Origin: Nemertoderma westbladi
Lineage: Eukaryota; Animalia; Xenacoelomorpha
Assembly: GCA_032718475.1 (NCBI GenBank)
Contig: JAUCBJ010007483.1
Location: 1 to 60,119, forward strand
Length of the DNA: 60,119 nt
Direction: 5' to 3'
The notes under the pieces are model-generated. The model worked only from the letters and a program-made list of their open reading frames with translations. It did not search any database and was not told the DNA's origin. Positions 13,703 through 27,377 of this stretch are shown here, one piece after another. Made by a program: the position numbers and the translations under genes. Each line of letters begins with the position of its first letter. Position 1 is the stretch's first letter.

Positions 13703-15339
13703 ATCTGCTATCTGAGTTTATTAATATTGTAATGAGTTTATGTTTAGGCGAGTGGGCGGCGCTGCCTACCTCTCTTCGCCCCGGACAGTGGGATTCTCAG
13801 CGCCGATGTACCGTCGTCGCGGAGTTTACGCCAACATGTAGCAACATCACGACAACGATAACCGGCACAAGTCACTCCACTGTCCGTCCCAAAGGCTTGA
13901 ATCCACTTTAGGTTCTATCTATAGGAGAGTTGGGTTACTTTCACAATTGCGACTAGCTACTGTAAACATACTTTAGCAGTAACATTCACCTATAAACGCA
14001 CAAATTCCACACAACTGTCACCAATTGTACACATACAGGCCATTTTTCCGTTAGTCAGTGCCTTCCAGAATGTCACGTTATTACTGTGTATCCTTGGATA
14101 CTAACAGTGTGCTATGTATTCTCTATGCTATGCAATGGGACAAGCTTTCTATTGTTCTTTTAACTTGCTTCTAATTCTAGCGTGGGTGTTGCTATGGTGA
14201 CATTATGGAATGCTAGCGGTAGAATTAGGGTAATTCTCATGCATACAGATCTGGAATGCTATTTAATAATAATTCTTTAATTGTCAATATCCTCTTTATG
14301 TATGATTTTATTAATTTTATCGGCTATTGACTATATGTTGGAGATTCTCGCACTCTAATACACTCAATAGGATGAATCTCCGCTCCCATGATCTATTAAT
14401 TAATGGAATTTTGGGAATGTTATAAATTGCACAAAATGACAATTTATAAAATTCATTTAAAATATGAATTTAAATTTATTCCCGTGAATTTTATTATTTG
14501 ATGTTAAAATTGACACAATTTTTATTCCAGAGCATGTCTGGGGACTGAGGATCCTTAATTCTATAAAATTGTCCTTTAAGAGTATCGGTAAACGCTGCGA
14601 TATCTTAATTGACTAGAAATTTAAAGGATCTGAATTTTACAGAATTTTACTAAATATTAAATTAATATTTAAGATGGGCACCGATTTATTCCAGAACTTG
14701 TCTGGGGACGTTAACCACTGATTCTAGAATTTGTCTTTCAAGTATATCGGTGGGTGCCGCGATATCTTAATCGACTAGAATTACAGATGGTCAAAGGTTT
14801 AACAGATTTATTTGCGTTTTATGCTACTGTTAGAGGGACATCACGCTACTATATGTATTATTTAATATAAGGTAGAAGAGCAATATCGCACGAAGCAATG
14901 TCAGTGTGAAGAGGCAAGTCGTTTCCAAGGTCTACCCAGAGCTTGGTTTAGCTGAGACACGAGGATCTGAACTTTGCATTCCTAATACTCTGCCTACCAA
15001 TAATACTTAAATATAGTAGGAGCTTTATTGTACTTTAATAAGTACGGACATTTCATCTTACTGTAGTCACGTATTTATAATATGATACGGACACACGGAC
15101 AGTAAGGAAAGAGAAAAATAATTATTTTCTCGCCGTCGCACTAAATGTATATTATACGTAATTACGTACGTAATAAACACTAATATATTGCACTAATCTA
15201 CTAAATAATCACTAAAATAACATTCTACTAAATAAAATTAAAGAAAACGATTATAATAAAATTACATAATAATACATACATAAATATAAAATACAAACAA
15301 ATATAAAATGATATAGTCACACGCCCACTCCATATGTTA

Positions 15340-18300
15340 TTACGTTATGGAGTCCCTAGATATTTGTCGGATTAGGGAAGTGGTCGTAGGAAGAGTATCT
15401 TGCCTTCCATAGTTTCCGGACAGTTTTCGGTCTCTTTCCAGTAAACATAAACGACCAGCTAGGCGATTGAGTTGTTGTGTTACTTTCTCCGCTCCCTTGG
15501 CCTGTCTAATCTCCGCCGGGGTAAGATGAGGAGGCCATTCTTCTTCTTCTTTACTTAAGAAGTCGGATCCACCTAACCAGCCTGGAGTATCTATCAGTTC
15601 TTGAGGAGTTGCTCCTCTGGAAGCGATGTCGGCTGGATCAATCGTCCCAAGGCAATGTCTCCATTGATCTACATTGGAGTTAATATCGTCATTATCTGAG
15701 GAGTATGGTGTTCCCTCAGTTGGATCGTCCACATCACTGCTCTCCACTTCCCATTCGTTTACTTGGTATACCTGTTGTTGAGGTAATCTCTCTTTGAGAG
15801 TTCTACGGGAAGGGCCAGTGAAGTACCAACCTACTCTAGTTCTTACCGCATAGGTTTGTAGTGGCTGCGGTTGAGCAGGCCGTTTCTCCAATGTCTCGAG
15901 CGCCTCATGCGCGTTTTGGCCGATGAGTATTTGCACTCCAGGATAATCTGTCTGGAATCGAGGTATCTTAAGATGTTGGATGCTCTCATCCTCGTCCCAA
16001 TTATAAAGGTCTGCTTGGGTAGTAGCGAAGTTCTTTATAGCCACCATTTTTACCGACCTTATACCTTGTGCTCCTAATTTATCCTGGGGGGTGGACAACA
16101 CACCTACATAGTAGTCTGCCGTTAGGGTAGATTTCCAAACCTGCATAATTCCTGACATATTTAATTTAGTCCGGAATTTGGGTTGTCCAGCAAAGATATC
16201 TTCGGCTAGTTCTTGATCGATGAATGTTCCTGTGCTGCCGGAGTCAAGGAGGGCGTTCACTATGTAACTTTTGTTAGGACCATGAACTCTTACCTGCACT
16301 ACAGGAAATTCTCTGATTCCTACGTTGGAAGTTGGAGCTTTCCAAGATGGTTGTCTGGCAAAAGTAGTTGGGGGGAACTCATTGTCGGTGTCCTTTTCAT
16401 AAGTAAGTGCTCGATACACTGAGGTATTTATTAGGTAACAGGATTCGTTGGCGTCGGAGAATTCGTCCGTATAGAATCCTTCCATCTCAGACTCTTGATC
16501 AGTGTCATTTACATCACTGAATTGGACATGTAGTTCGGGCTCACTTACCTGACTCGGGTTGTCTCGTTCGAACTCACTGTGTAACAAGATGTGATGTTTC
16601 GCGCCACACTTTGCACACTTTACGTCGGAGTAACAGGTTCGCCGTTGGTGTCCTGATCTGAGGCAATTATAGCATAACCGCTTATTCCACAGGACTGTAC
16701 GTCTGTCTACAGGGGATTTCTTTAGAAATTCAGCACACGCACTCAAACGGTGGGGCCCGTCGCACAGCGCACATTTTGGTTGGATGTTACTCACCTTACT
16801 TAACGTTACCTTTGGGTAACGTTATGCACTCTCGTTCTTTCTTCGGGCTTTCTTCCGTGAATTCTCTTAGGAGACGTAGGAGGAGTTGTTGTTACCTGTT
16901 CTCTCCTGTCACTGGTTCGAGACTTGTATTTACTTACGTCTTTATAGGTCTTGTTGTCATAGTAAGATTTTGCTGTGTCTTTCCCGCTGTCCTCTTCTTG
17001 AGAAGCTTGGCTTTCGCCGTCGTCAGTATAACACACTGGTATTATCCTTCTCCTAGAAGGGAGTTTCTCACTTACCTTATTTTCCGATGTTTTCTCTCTG
17101 GACTGCTTTATGAGTTGTAATTTTACTTCACTATCTAAGAAGGACATGAGATCAGTCATGGTAGGGCTTCGTCGTTGCTGCTCATTCATATACAACACTT
17201 TCTTGTCCCGGCGTGTACATACTCCACCCTTTGGTAAAGTAGAGACTACTGCTCCAATAACCATGGAACTCTGATATTCATGAGACTTACCTAACCAGTC
17301 CAATTGTCTACAGATCTCTTGAATCTCATCGGAAAACTCTATAATCCCGCTACTAAGGAAGTGTCGGGGGGCTACTAATTTGGCATACAAATACTTAGCT
17401 ATGTTATCCTTGTTACCATACCTGATGTTTAATGTATCCCAAACTTGTCTTAATCCTTCTGGATGTCCAATAAACTTTAACGCCATTAACTTGGGAGGTC
17501 CTTCCAAGCACTTGATGAGGAACCTAAGTTTCTCTCCGTTAGATAGTACAGAGTTCTGTATGCTATCTTTGTAATATTCATTGAAAGGTAACCATTTCAT
17601 CTCATCTCCATTGAATTTGACGATCTCTCCCACTTTGACCACTTGGCGGGCTTCTGTTCTAGCCATCTGACGCGTAAAGCTTTCTTGGGCCATCGTGTTA
17701 TTTAATATCGAATTATCGGTATATAAATTTCTCGGATCATTATCAGGTCTATAGGGAATATCATTAATAACAGGTCTATAATCACCCTTAATAGGGTTTG
17801 CTATAGGAGTTTCTACTTCACTAGCAGTATAGATGCGTGTAGGCTCCACACCTTGCGCATGTAATACTTCAGACCTAACAGGTTGACACAATGTTACAGG
17901 GGGTATTGGTATGCCCTTTTGTATATTGACTAACTTGTCGCGTTCCAGTGCGATACTTTGCTGCACTTCTTGCAACTCTGCTCTACCTTCCCTTACTGTT
18001 CCCTTAAGCTGGTGGACAGTCTCCTGCATCTGTCCGAGCAGGAGATTCATCCCCCGCCGTCCCTCCTCTACCCACTCGACCCCCGAAGCGGGAGTCGCCA
18101 ACATTGTAGCGGGCTGACGTGGGACGACGGGAGACAAATCTTTGATTTCTCTCTCAGCTTCCAGGACAGGAATATTCTCATGGACTGTTCTACCGGGTAC
18201 AGGCAGTGTAGTACTGTGTAAAGGGAACTTAGAGTTAAGCTCTGGAAGTACAGGGGTCTCTAGCACAGGTGTGACTTTTGGAACGACAGGCCTAATTATT

Positions 18301-20015
18301 TCAGGCTCATCAACTATTGTTGGGAGTCTTTTGACCTGAATAGTTTGGTATGTGGATTCCGTACTACCTAAGTCTGCGCTAGCTAGCTGTCTTCTAACAG
18401 CTGGGGGCAAATCAGGCAATTTGTGACGGTGAGCTGTTTTTCTACGCCTGCTTAGACGAGATCTATTTCCTCCGCCTTCAGGATCGGTGGTTTCGCTTTC
18501 CTCCGATGATGTGTATCCCTGGCGTTTGGGAGTAGATCGTCTCATCATCTGCATTTGACTAGCAGTTAACTGTTTATTTATGTTGTCTTGCGTCTCTTGC
18601 AGATTTTCCAACTCCAGTTGGGTAGTCTGCTCAGACGCTCTCCGTTCTGCTTCTGCCACTGCCCTTTCCGCCTTTGCTTCTGCCGCCGCTGCCTTTCTTT
18701 TTGCTTCTGCTTCTGCCGCTGCTGCCCTTGCTGCTATTCTTTCTGCTTCTACTTCTGCCGCCGCTGCTTTTCTTTCTGCTTCTACTTCTGCCGCCGCTGC
18801 TTTTCTTTCTGCTTCTGCTTCTGCCGTAGCCGCCGCCTTTTGTTCCTCTATCCGTCTTTTCTTTACTTTTTCTTCTTGGACTCTAGCGAGGCGGAGTTTT
18901 TCATCAAATTCTGCTTGGTTAGCAGCTAACATTTCAGCATCGATTGAATCCAACACACGCTGGGTTCCTTCACTATTGGGGGAAAGTCCAGACAGCCGTC
19001 TCCTCAACTCTTCGTCTCCTAGGAATCGCTGATAGTCGGACAGATAAATGTCTATGGCGTCTCTCGTTCGTGGTTTCTCTGAGGTCTCTTCGCCTTCCAC
19101 TTGAGAAAGGGTGGCATCGGTTGGTTCTTCATAAGTTAGTCTCTCAGACAGCTGGGATTTCCACTGGCCCGTTTCTTGTACTTTGCGACCTACCCGCTGG
19201 AACCAAGTTTTGACAGCAACCTGCAGCGACGTGTCCTGTCTTCTTTTGGAAGTTTCCTCAAAAGCTGATAAGATTAGTCGAATGCGTAGGGTTCTTTCGC
19301 GTACTTGATATAGCAGTTCTTCCTGCTCTTGAGGTCCTAGGGGTTGTCGAAACAGTTGTTCTTCTAATCGCTCTAAGGAGCCGAAGAATCCCTACACATA
19401 TCCTGCTGACGACCTCTTCCAAACAGCTGGATCCATCGTATCTTTAGCCACTCCCATCCTGTATATATCTTCCCAAGTAGCCTCGGACAGATCTAATGGG
19501 AGTCCGGGTCCGGGAAAGTTCCATTGTGACTCGACAATAGACATCAATTCTTCCCTGGCGTATCCCGCATAATTATCTTGGGTCGCTCGCTTATTTCTCA
19601 CCCAATCTGCTTGATGTTCCTCCACCGCAATCAATATAGTTGTTAGCACTGCGGCAGGAAGGGTGAGAAGGGGGTCCGAGTAGGCTTTAGCCGTCGTCTG
19701 CACTCCGCGTTCGGGGGTCAGCTCTACAGTATCCGAACTACTGGAGCTATCGGATCGCTGGGAACAAGTTTCTTGACTAGGATGTTGCTGCTGTTGGACA
19801 GCTGGTTCCTGGTTCCGTTTGACTTGGGCCCGAGTGCCGATGATAGACCTACGGTGTTGGATTAGCTTAGGGTCTGATACTACTACTGGAGGGATGACCT
19901 TTCTTTCAGTAGGAGGTGAGCTGAACTCCTTTCTTAATCGCTCAACACTCCTATCTGTGTCACAGATGGTTGTATCGATTAGGCTGTCTGACAGGTTTTG
20001 CTGAGTGTCAGACAT
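15340..20015 (-). pseudogene. gag: Element 1 Gag-protease ORF, disrupted
   Basis: Colinear with the intact 44954-49603 ORF. CAG>TAG stop at 19392-19394 and a frameshift near 16800. Confidence 0.92.
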
Positions 20016-21329
20016 GTTTAGCTATACAGTTGAATGCTTACTGCTATAGTTACAGTTAAAGCAAGTCTAGTAATTCAGTATGACCGTTGGCCTAGTACCG
20101 GTAATTTATTGCAGTATATTAGAATACCGGTATGCACTTATAATATATATAAGTATTGTAAACTAGTTTTGTCACAGAGTACCGGTATATAAATTTAGCA
20201 CAAATATATATAAATATATAATAGGCCTATCGTGAATACCGGTATACAGCTTACACTTATAGTATATATAAGTATAATTATGAACTAGAATTATTACAGA
20301 ATACCGGTATGATTTCAGCTCAAATTTATAGAAATAAATATAATAAGCCTATGGTAAATACCGGTATGTCAATTATTTTAGAATAATTGAATTTCTGAAT
20401 ATTTTAGGGTTACTTGGTTACTTTAACTTACTTTAATACCGTTATTTAAGCAGTAGTCCAACTGATATTGAGACCTAGTTGTTGTATGGCAGGCCTACTA
20501 TTTATAAATCGTTTGAGTTGATTTATAATAGATATATACCCGTTTAAAATGGGTTTTTGTCAATATTTGAAATAAATGTTATTATTTCTGGGGGGTCACT
20601 ACACAGAAGCTGTGCGCTCTCAGTGAAGTGCTATTTATTTGACACTAAAACTGATAATTCTAATTTACCTAAGTTACTTAATACTACAAATTACTTACGA
20701 TACGGGAGATTAATTCTCTAATTAAACACAACAAAAATATTACGTACGAATTTTTAGGGTAATTTTACAGGAAGTCTACAAACCAGTCTAACAAAGGGTT
20801 AGAATTCTGGTTATTACAACGGACAGGGTACTACGGTATTTGAAAATAATAAGTAGTAGTAAATATATTGCACTGTCCAGATAGGAAAATACCACCGCCT
20901 GACGACCTATAACCGTATCGCTATAGGTACTACGTTATGTATCACGGAGTGTTCCTACCTAGAAGTTAATTACTGCGGACTACCAGATCCAGCGTGCCTA
21001 TTAACCACTTTACAACACAAATATACTGCCCACACACTAATTACTTTCGGAAAGCACTGTACACTAAACCCTAAATTAGGTACAAGTACTAGTACAACAA
21101 ATAATCAGTAGTTAAATATACTTGAACAGTTAAAAGAACCACGGCATCTGCTGGAGTGACCAGAGCACAAAGTCACCAGTCTTGTCCTACGCCAAGCAGC
21201 CCGTGTAGTACCGGGGTTAATTTAACTATAACGGTATGTGTAACAAACACAATTACTGTAGGAATAAACTTGGGGACATGTATGTTGCGAATAATCGCAT
21301 AAACTCTGAACAATAAATATTACGCTACC

Positions 21330-21900
21330 CGTACAGAATACTCAAACAGAATACAAACCAAACGCTGGCAGACTACCACCAAGCCTAAATAAACTACAGT
21401 ATGTGTAGATTCCAAAATGGTTAGTTAGTATGCGTTCTAACACGGTAGTACGACTTATTCTTTAAGAGGGGATTGACATTACAGCTATGGCTGCCCCAAC
21501 TTACTAACTGGCACTCTATCGGACAAACTCTACACACGCAGCAATCTCTTCAGACCTAATAATAGCTAGACAACAATCCAGCCTACAAAATATCTGAGTA
21601 ATAACTATTACAGTACCTGAACAGACCACACAAACAAACACAGGCCAAAACGCTGGCAGAATACTGTCAAGCCTAAATAAACCACAGTATGTGCAGATTC
21701 CAAAATTGTTAGTTAGTATGCGTTCTAACACGGTAGTACGACTTATTCTTTAAGAGGGGATTGACCTTACAGCTATGGCTGCCCCAACTTACTAACTGGC
21801 ACTCTATCGGACAAACTCTACACACGCCGTAATCTCTCCAAACCCAACAACAATCTAACAGCAGTCCGGCCTACAATTATCTGAACAATCTGAGCAGACT
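21330..21900. repeat. ~288-bp tandem duplication in the element 1 leader (also ~50930-51500 in element 2)
   Basis: The block aaacgctggcaga...gctgccccaacttactaac occurs twice. Confidence 0.9.
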
Positions 21901-22054
21901 TACACGTCTTCAGCTCAATATTAACTTACATGTAAATAAAACCGACAGAAATAAGTAAAATCTCAATAAAAAATCAGGGCTGCAGTCCCTGATTAAATAC
22001 TAAGACCTACCGGTATACAATAATCAAAATCGAATAATACTAATGTACTTATAC

Positions 22055-22185
22055 TGGAAGTACCGGTTAGGACAGTTGGGCCTACGGACCTACAGAAGTA
22101 CCGGTTCTGGCAGTTGGACCTACGGACCTACAGCAGTACCGGTTCTGGCAGTTGGGCCTACTGACCTACAGAAGTACCGGTTCAG
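22055..22185. repeat. 38-bp tandem repeat, about 3.5 copies, in the leader next to the 5' LTR (also 51652-51782)
   Basis: taccggtt at 22061, 22099, 22137 and 22175. Confidence 0.9.
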
Positions 22186-22237
22186 GTTTACCGGTCGACC
22201 GGTACTTTCAACTTTATTGCTTACTGCAATAAAGTCA

Positions 22238-22248
22238 ATGACTGTTAT
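22238..22248 (-). promoter_or_regulatory. Non-tRNA primer-binding site candidate, element 1
   Basis: Abuts the 5' LTR, lacks TGG, and is 10/11 complementary to the LTR 11-mer at 23016-23026. Confidence 0.6.
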
Positions 22249-23531
22249 TGTACGCGCTTTTGAAGACCTTTAGCAGTTTAACCTGCCAAAATTTATATGT
22301 CTTTTGGTTTATAAATATACTTTAGAAGATGACAAATATTTAATACCAATAAACACAACATTAGCAGAAGCCAGCCTAGTGCGCGTCTATTCACCCGCTG
22401 GATATTCCCGGGAGACTGGATTCTGAGGGCTTAGATTATTATTGCAGTGTAAGCTTACTGTACTGTATTATTCGATTGATCGTTAATAATTAATTTCTGA
22501 CTAATATTATTCACTTTCGGGAAATATTAACAGTTCCTTTAGGACGTGGCGCTCTATCTAAGTAAACAGAGATATGACTTATACTAATCACAACGGTAAG
22601 TCGGTAAGGCTTAAGATTCACGTATGAGGCGCATTCTTTAGGAAATGCTTAGTTATCAGTCACAATCAGGCACTCTACCGGTAACATACAATACTGCTCA
22701 CTAATTTGCCGACCGTCAATGATTTTTATCATATATAAAGAGAACAGCAACGGACCAATGTAGTGCTTATCAAATAGCATTAAATTCACTACAATACACA
22801 ATAATGTAAGTCGCAATCGCTATATATAACCCGTCTCTCTAACCTGTAGTGTATCAAGAAAATTGGGAAATTTGGGTTCTTTATATATGTTCTCCAAATA
22901 ATGTTCAACCAAACACAATAGTAAACAGCAGTATAATAATGTATATTGAACCGATAATATAAAAATAGAAACCAGTTGTTATGAATTGATATATGATGTG
23001 GACTGTTATGAACTGATAACAGTTATACGCTCTATAATTTAAGCCTACTAATGTTTCTTCTAAAGTATGAAACGAATTGATTCTAGAGCCGTTGTTCCTG
23101 GCCTAGATAGCAAAAACACAAAGTATCAAGAAAAAACAGTAAGACTGAACAGTGAACACTCTCCTTATGATCGGCCGAAAAGCTACACGTCGACAGGAAA
23201 AATCGCTCTGATTGGCTCAAGCCAAACAAAGAACCATGCGTCCAATGGCTGTTTCCATGTCAGCAACCAGCTGTTAGATGTCGTAATATGAATCATCACG
23301 GCTAAGCTGTGAAAGGTATTTGGTGCATTGCAGGTTTTTTGCCTTACCATGTCCGCTAAAACACGTATATAGCAGAATGACTTTTATGTCCGTTAAAACA
23401 CCTGTAACGGTACCTTGCGGGCGAGGGGAATATATATACAGTTAGAGAACCTTTTTAGAGTATTCCAGCGCCTGGGGGGAAACTGGATTGCGAAGCAAAA
23501 GGGCCAGTTATATCCCACAGAAGCTTTTACA
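22249..23531 (-). repeat. 5' LTR of element 1 (1283 bp)
   Basis: Differs from the 3' LTR by about a dozen substitutions (by eye) and a 7-bp insertion. Confidence 0.95.
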
Positions 23532-24197
23532 CAGTCAGTTAATGACAAGTGTAAAATGAGTTGAATTGAATTGTTAATAGATTTACGCTCTTATAACCAA
23601 GGCCATCTGATGTTCCTAGGCCGAAGTCTGAAACTTCCGCACAGAAGCACAGAAAATTCTGAGTTGGTTCTGATGCTCAGAAAATAGTAAACAAAGACCG
23701 AAATGCATTGCGCGAGTTTCCATAGGTTTCTGTTAGAAATAAAGTGAAGATTGCTCTGATTGGCTGAGTAAGACAGAACAAAGAACTTCCACATCCACAA
23801 AGAATCAGCTGACAGATTTCGTCATCTTGGTTCTAATTCCTTCCCGTCGCGTAGTTGGATAAATTTAGGGCTATTTTAGAGTATTCTGTGCATTGCGTAA
23901 AAATGACTTGTTATGTCCGCAAAAGCTTTTACAGTCACCGTCCACGAAAACCTACATAGGGAATTATTTTAGACAGATAGTTTGCTTTTTATTGACGGAC
24001 AGACATACTGACGGACAAACCGACATTCAATCGGACAGACAGCCAAATCTCGAGAAGTAAGATAGATATTTCTAAACGGTTTTCAAATTTGGAATCTTCA
24101 TAAAAATCTGCTCTAAATGAAACAGATAAAAAAATTTGAAAAAAAAATGTGAATGCCTGTACTGATCCCCTGAAGTAATCAGAGTAAAAGATAGGGA

Positions 24198-24301
24198 AAC
24201 TATAACTATAAACTATATATATATAACTATTTAACTTTATATAACTTAACTATAATAATTTAACTATAATTATATAACTATAACTATAACTGAAACTATA
24301 A
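24198..24301 (+). repeat. (TAACTA)n degenerate microsatellite
   Basis: Directly visible. Confidence 0.8.
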
Positions 24302-24919
24302 ACCCCCCGAAAAACAGTGAAAAAATAATCAGCATTAAACTTTACCTATATGCTTCCGAAAAGTAAATTGAAAGGGTCTAATATACGCAGAAAGCATTGT
24401 CGCCAGGTTCTATCTTTTCTGGTTTTGATAAAAATAGAGTTATGAATATAGACTTGAATGATATAGACTTTAATAAACTCCAGTTACCATGGTAACTTGA
24501 TATTTCTGGAATGTTTTGAGTTTCACTAAAAGTTCCAACACATGCCCAGTTTTTAAAGGCTAGTTTTTCCTGGAATCAAAAAACCCCAAATCTGCTCCAT
24601 ACAAGTAAAATAGCCCACTATGAATACACCATCTCAGCTAAGGAAAAACTTTCTTAGCGAAAGTAGTTGATTTTCCTTAACTTCGTGGACTTTGTTAGGG
24701 GAGTTAGCTGAGAAAATCATGGCGTTAGTAATAATATACTAGAAAGGCATTTCCTAAAGGAAATGCAACCACGAAGCTAAGGAAAATTAAACACACTTTG
24801 ACTCATCAGTTTAATTTAATCGGTGGGTAAATATTATAAAAGTAATACTTTCAGTGTTCATAAATCACAATAAAATGTATATTAAATATATATAGTCCAG
24901 GTGCCGGAAGAGGTGCTAT

Positions 24920-25711
24920 CTAGCTGCCTAGGATATCGAATAGGCCCTCTGACGGAGATTCAACTGTACCGAGGACAGCGGCCGAGTTCCCAACAAGTAT
25001 TGCGACCGCGATGCGCTGAAGCAGGAAACGATGGGAGCGAGGATCCTGTGTCGATAAATGTATCCTCCTACTGACCTCCTTCAGGAAAACTTCCGTTGCC
25101 GGACCGGGGCGACCAAACGTTTCAAAGGCGACTGGCGTGAACAGGAAACGCTGGTCAATATTTTCCTGACATTTCCTGATCTTGAGGGTTTCCTGGTTTT
25201 CAGCAGCACGTCCGCCGGTATGTATGCTTGTTGCCAGGTGGCTTTGGGCGAGTGGGTGTACAACCGTGGCGTCCCATGTCAACGTTTTGCACCTGGACCA
25301 GGGGACTAGGGACATCCCGTCTACTCGTTTGCCATCCCCTCGGCATAGACTCGGTGGTTCTAGGATGGATGGCACATGTGGATGTGCCCGCTTTACGATC
25401 TCATTGATCATTGTGTGGCGAGACAACCGGCCAGCGCTTCGTTGGCACGAGAGTCCGTGTAGGCCATCAGCTTCAACAGCAGTGCCACACCTGGTACACT
25501 CATGGGGATCGGTAACCCAGCATCCGAGGCGGGTCGCAATGGAGATCCTGAACTGAGCATCCGTTAACTTGAGACCCAAAGCAGAACTTGGAATAGCATC
25601 GAGCCAACAACCTGCGGTTGGGTCTTCCACCGAGTTGAGCCAGGCAATATCGTGGGGTAAGGCGGAGGTGTGAAGCGAAGCAAGGTTGACTTTGTGGATT
25701 GGTGTTGTCAA
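24920..25711 (-). mobile_element. 5'-truncated CRE-clade non-LTR retrotransposon (zinc finger plus restriction-like endonuclease)
   Basis: Motifs WLDAIPSSALGL, CTRCG...HGLSC, RH, DGKRVDG...WDATV, PVAFETFG, QRIAVAI..GN. Confidence 0.85.
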
Positions 25712-25869
25712 GATTTCTGGTTGGTGTTAGTTGGTGGCACTGATTCCGGTGTGACTGAGGATTTCCATAGATCCATTTCGATTTCCAATGTTTGGTCTGG
25801 GCTGCGCTGAGAAGCGGTGAAGAGTCTCATCAGTTCATTAGTTTACCTGTTAAAAGTCATATGTCTTAA

Positions 25870-27377
25870 ACCTATTAAACCCGGGGGGGGGGGTCAATTT
25901 GACTCCCTCCGTGGTTTTTTTGTTATAATTCTGAAACAAACGCAGTTGGGTGTCTGGAAATTTGTGACTTTTCATAAAATTCTATTGTCTTCCTAGTTGT
26001 GAAAACCGTTTTCAAAAATATTGGGTAGTTTTCGAGTTATAGCACCATTTTTTAACCCTACTTTTTTGGTGTTAGCAATTGGATGGAATTCATATAAATT
26101 GATTTAGAAATTTCAAACTTGTTTTTTTCGGCGGGTGCAAAATTTTGGTGCCAGCACCAAATTTTGAAATTTGTAATTTTTGTAAATTGATTGATTGAAA
26201 CTTGTTTTTTACGCAATTGGGCTTTTTCGGGGTTATGGTTTCGATGGAATATATAAGTGTTGCACCAGGCGTATCAAAGCCATCGCGCATCCACCAAGGC
26301 GCATCAAACCAAGGCGCATCAGGCGTTTTCGGAGCTGTGTGCAAATTTTGGTGCTAGCACTAAATTTTGAAAATCCATTCAATAGATCAAATTGCTTGTG
26401 ACGATTTATTTCTTGCGTTTTAGAGGTTTATGGCTGTTCTGAATTCAATGGAATATATAATTATCGAACTAGACATCTCAAACTTGTATTTTTCGGAAGT
26501 GGGTGTAAAATATGGTGCATGCTATAGCACCAAATTTTGAAAACCATCAAATATATCAATTGATTCTGTCACCTTTTTTCTTGCGTTATACGGGTTTGTG
26601 AGGGTTCTGAATTCAGTGGAATCAGTAAAAATTTCATAAGAGTTTTCGAACTTGAATTTTTCGGAGGTGGGTGAAAATTGTTGTGCCAGCACCAAATTTT
26701 TGAAAATAATATTGATCAGTAGATAGTATCATATTCTTTCTTGCGTTATACGGGTTAATGAGGGTCCTGAATCCGATGGAATCAATAAAAACAGCACTGG
26801 ACATCGCAAACTTGTACTTTTTGGTGATGGGTACGAAATTTGGTGCTAGCACCAAAATTTGCCAAATTACGCCGAAAAATACAAGCAGCAATGATCTGGC
26901 ATATTTGAAATGTATTCCATTAGAATCAGCGCCCGAGAAAACCTGAAAATGTGAATTTATAGCATCGTATAAGTGAATTAAAAATTTTGTGTTCTAACTG
27001 AAATGTGCTGGCTACTTGTTTTTTTCATTTTTTTCCTAGGCAGGAGAGGACTAAACAGCCATTTATAGTAATCATATCATTTTTAAATATTTTCCAATGT
27101 ATTTTGCGCCCCCGAATACCTGTATTGAAAAACAATTAGCCGAAAAATGTAACTTTCAAATTTTGTGAAAATTATGCACTACTTGTAATTATTGGTGCTC
27201 CAATATAACCATCCCAGTACATTTTTTCAAAAATGTTATTTTTCGGTCGGATCCAGACTAGTGATACCTACGTACAAACAAAAAATCAGACGTTTTCGTA
27301 AATATTTGTAGATTTTAGAGGGGAGGGGGGGGGGAATATGACTCCCCCCCCCCCCCCCGGTATTTGTACTAATAGGG
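25870..27377 (+). mobile_element. piggyBac-like non-autonomous element, copy A
   Basis: TTAA-(a)cctatta...taataggg-TTAA termini, subterminal gggtcaatttgac palindromes and internal ~130-bp repeats. It is the reverse complement of 38329-39893. Confidence 0.85.

Larger units (their letters stand above)
9304..23531 (-). mobile_element. Bel/Pao-type LTR retrotransposon, non-autonomous (element 1)
   Basis: Paired TG...CA LTRs, TSD CAGTC (9299-9303, 23532-23536), Bel/Pao Gag and protease motifs, no RT or integrase. Confidence 0.95.
8727..23933 (-). mobile_element. Older related solo LTR (variant D) split by element 1, segments 8727-9303 and 23532-23933
   Basis: 9150-9270 resembles solo LTR 1525-1640. 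The segment after the TSD contains tacgctcttataacc, a CCAAT box and the family terminus aaagcttttaca at 23933. The left end looks truncated. Confidence 0.7.
3719..24170. mobile_element. Kolobok-like non-autonomous DNA transposon expanded by nested insertions
   Basis: TIR ggggatcagtacaggcatt (3719) and aatgcctgtactgatcccc (24152-24170), flanked by TTAA and TGAA. GG...CC termini with a TTAA target are typical of Kolobok. Confidence 0.6.

Noticed and set aside
18580-19032. Antisense Ala/Ser- and Cys/Phe-rich ORFs over gag (also 48059-48523)
   Set aside because: By-products of the AEAERK coiled-coil repeat on the coding strand.
21223-21235. TAACTATAACGGT, start of the I-CeuI/large-subunit rRNA site
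   Set aside because: Only 13 nt match and there is no surrounding rRNA similarity.
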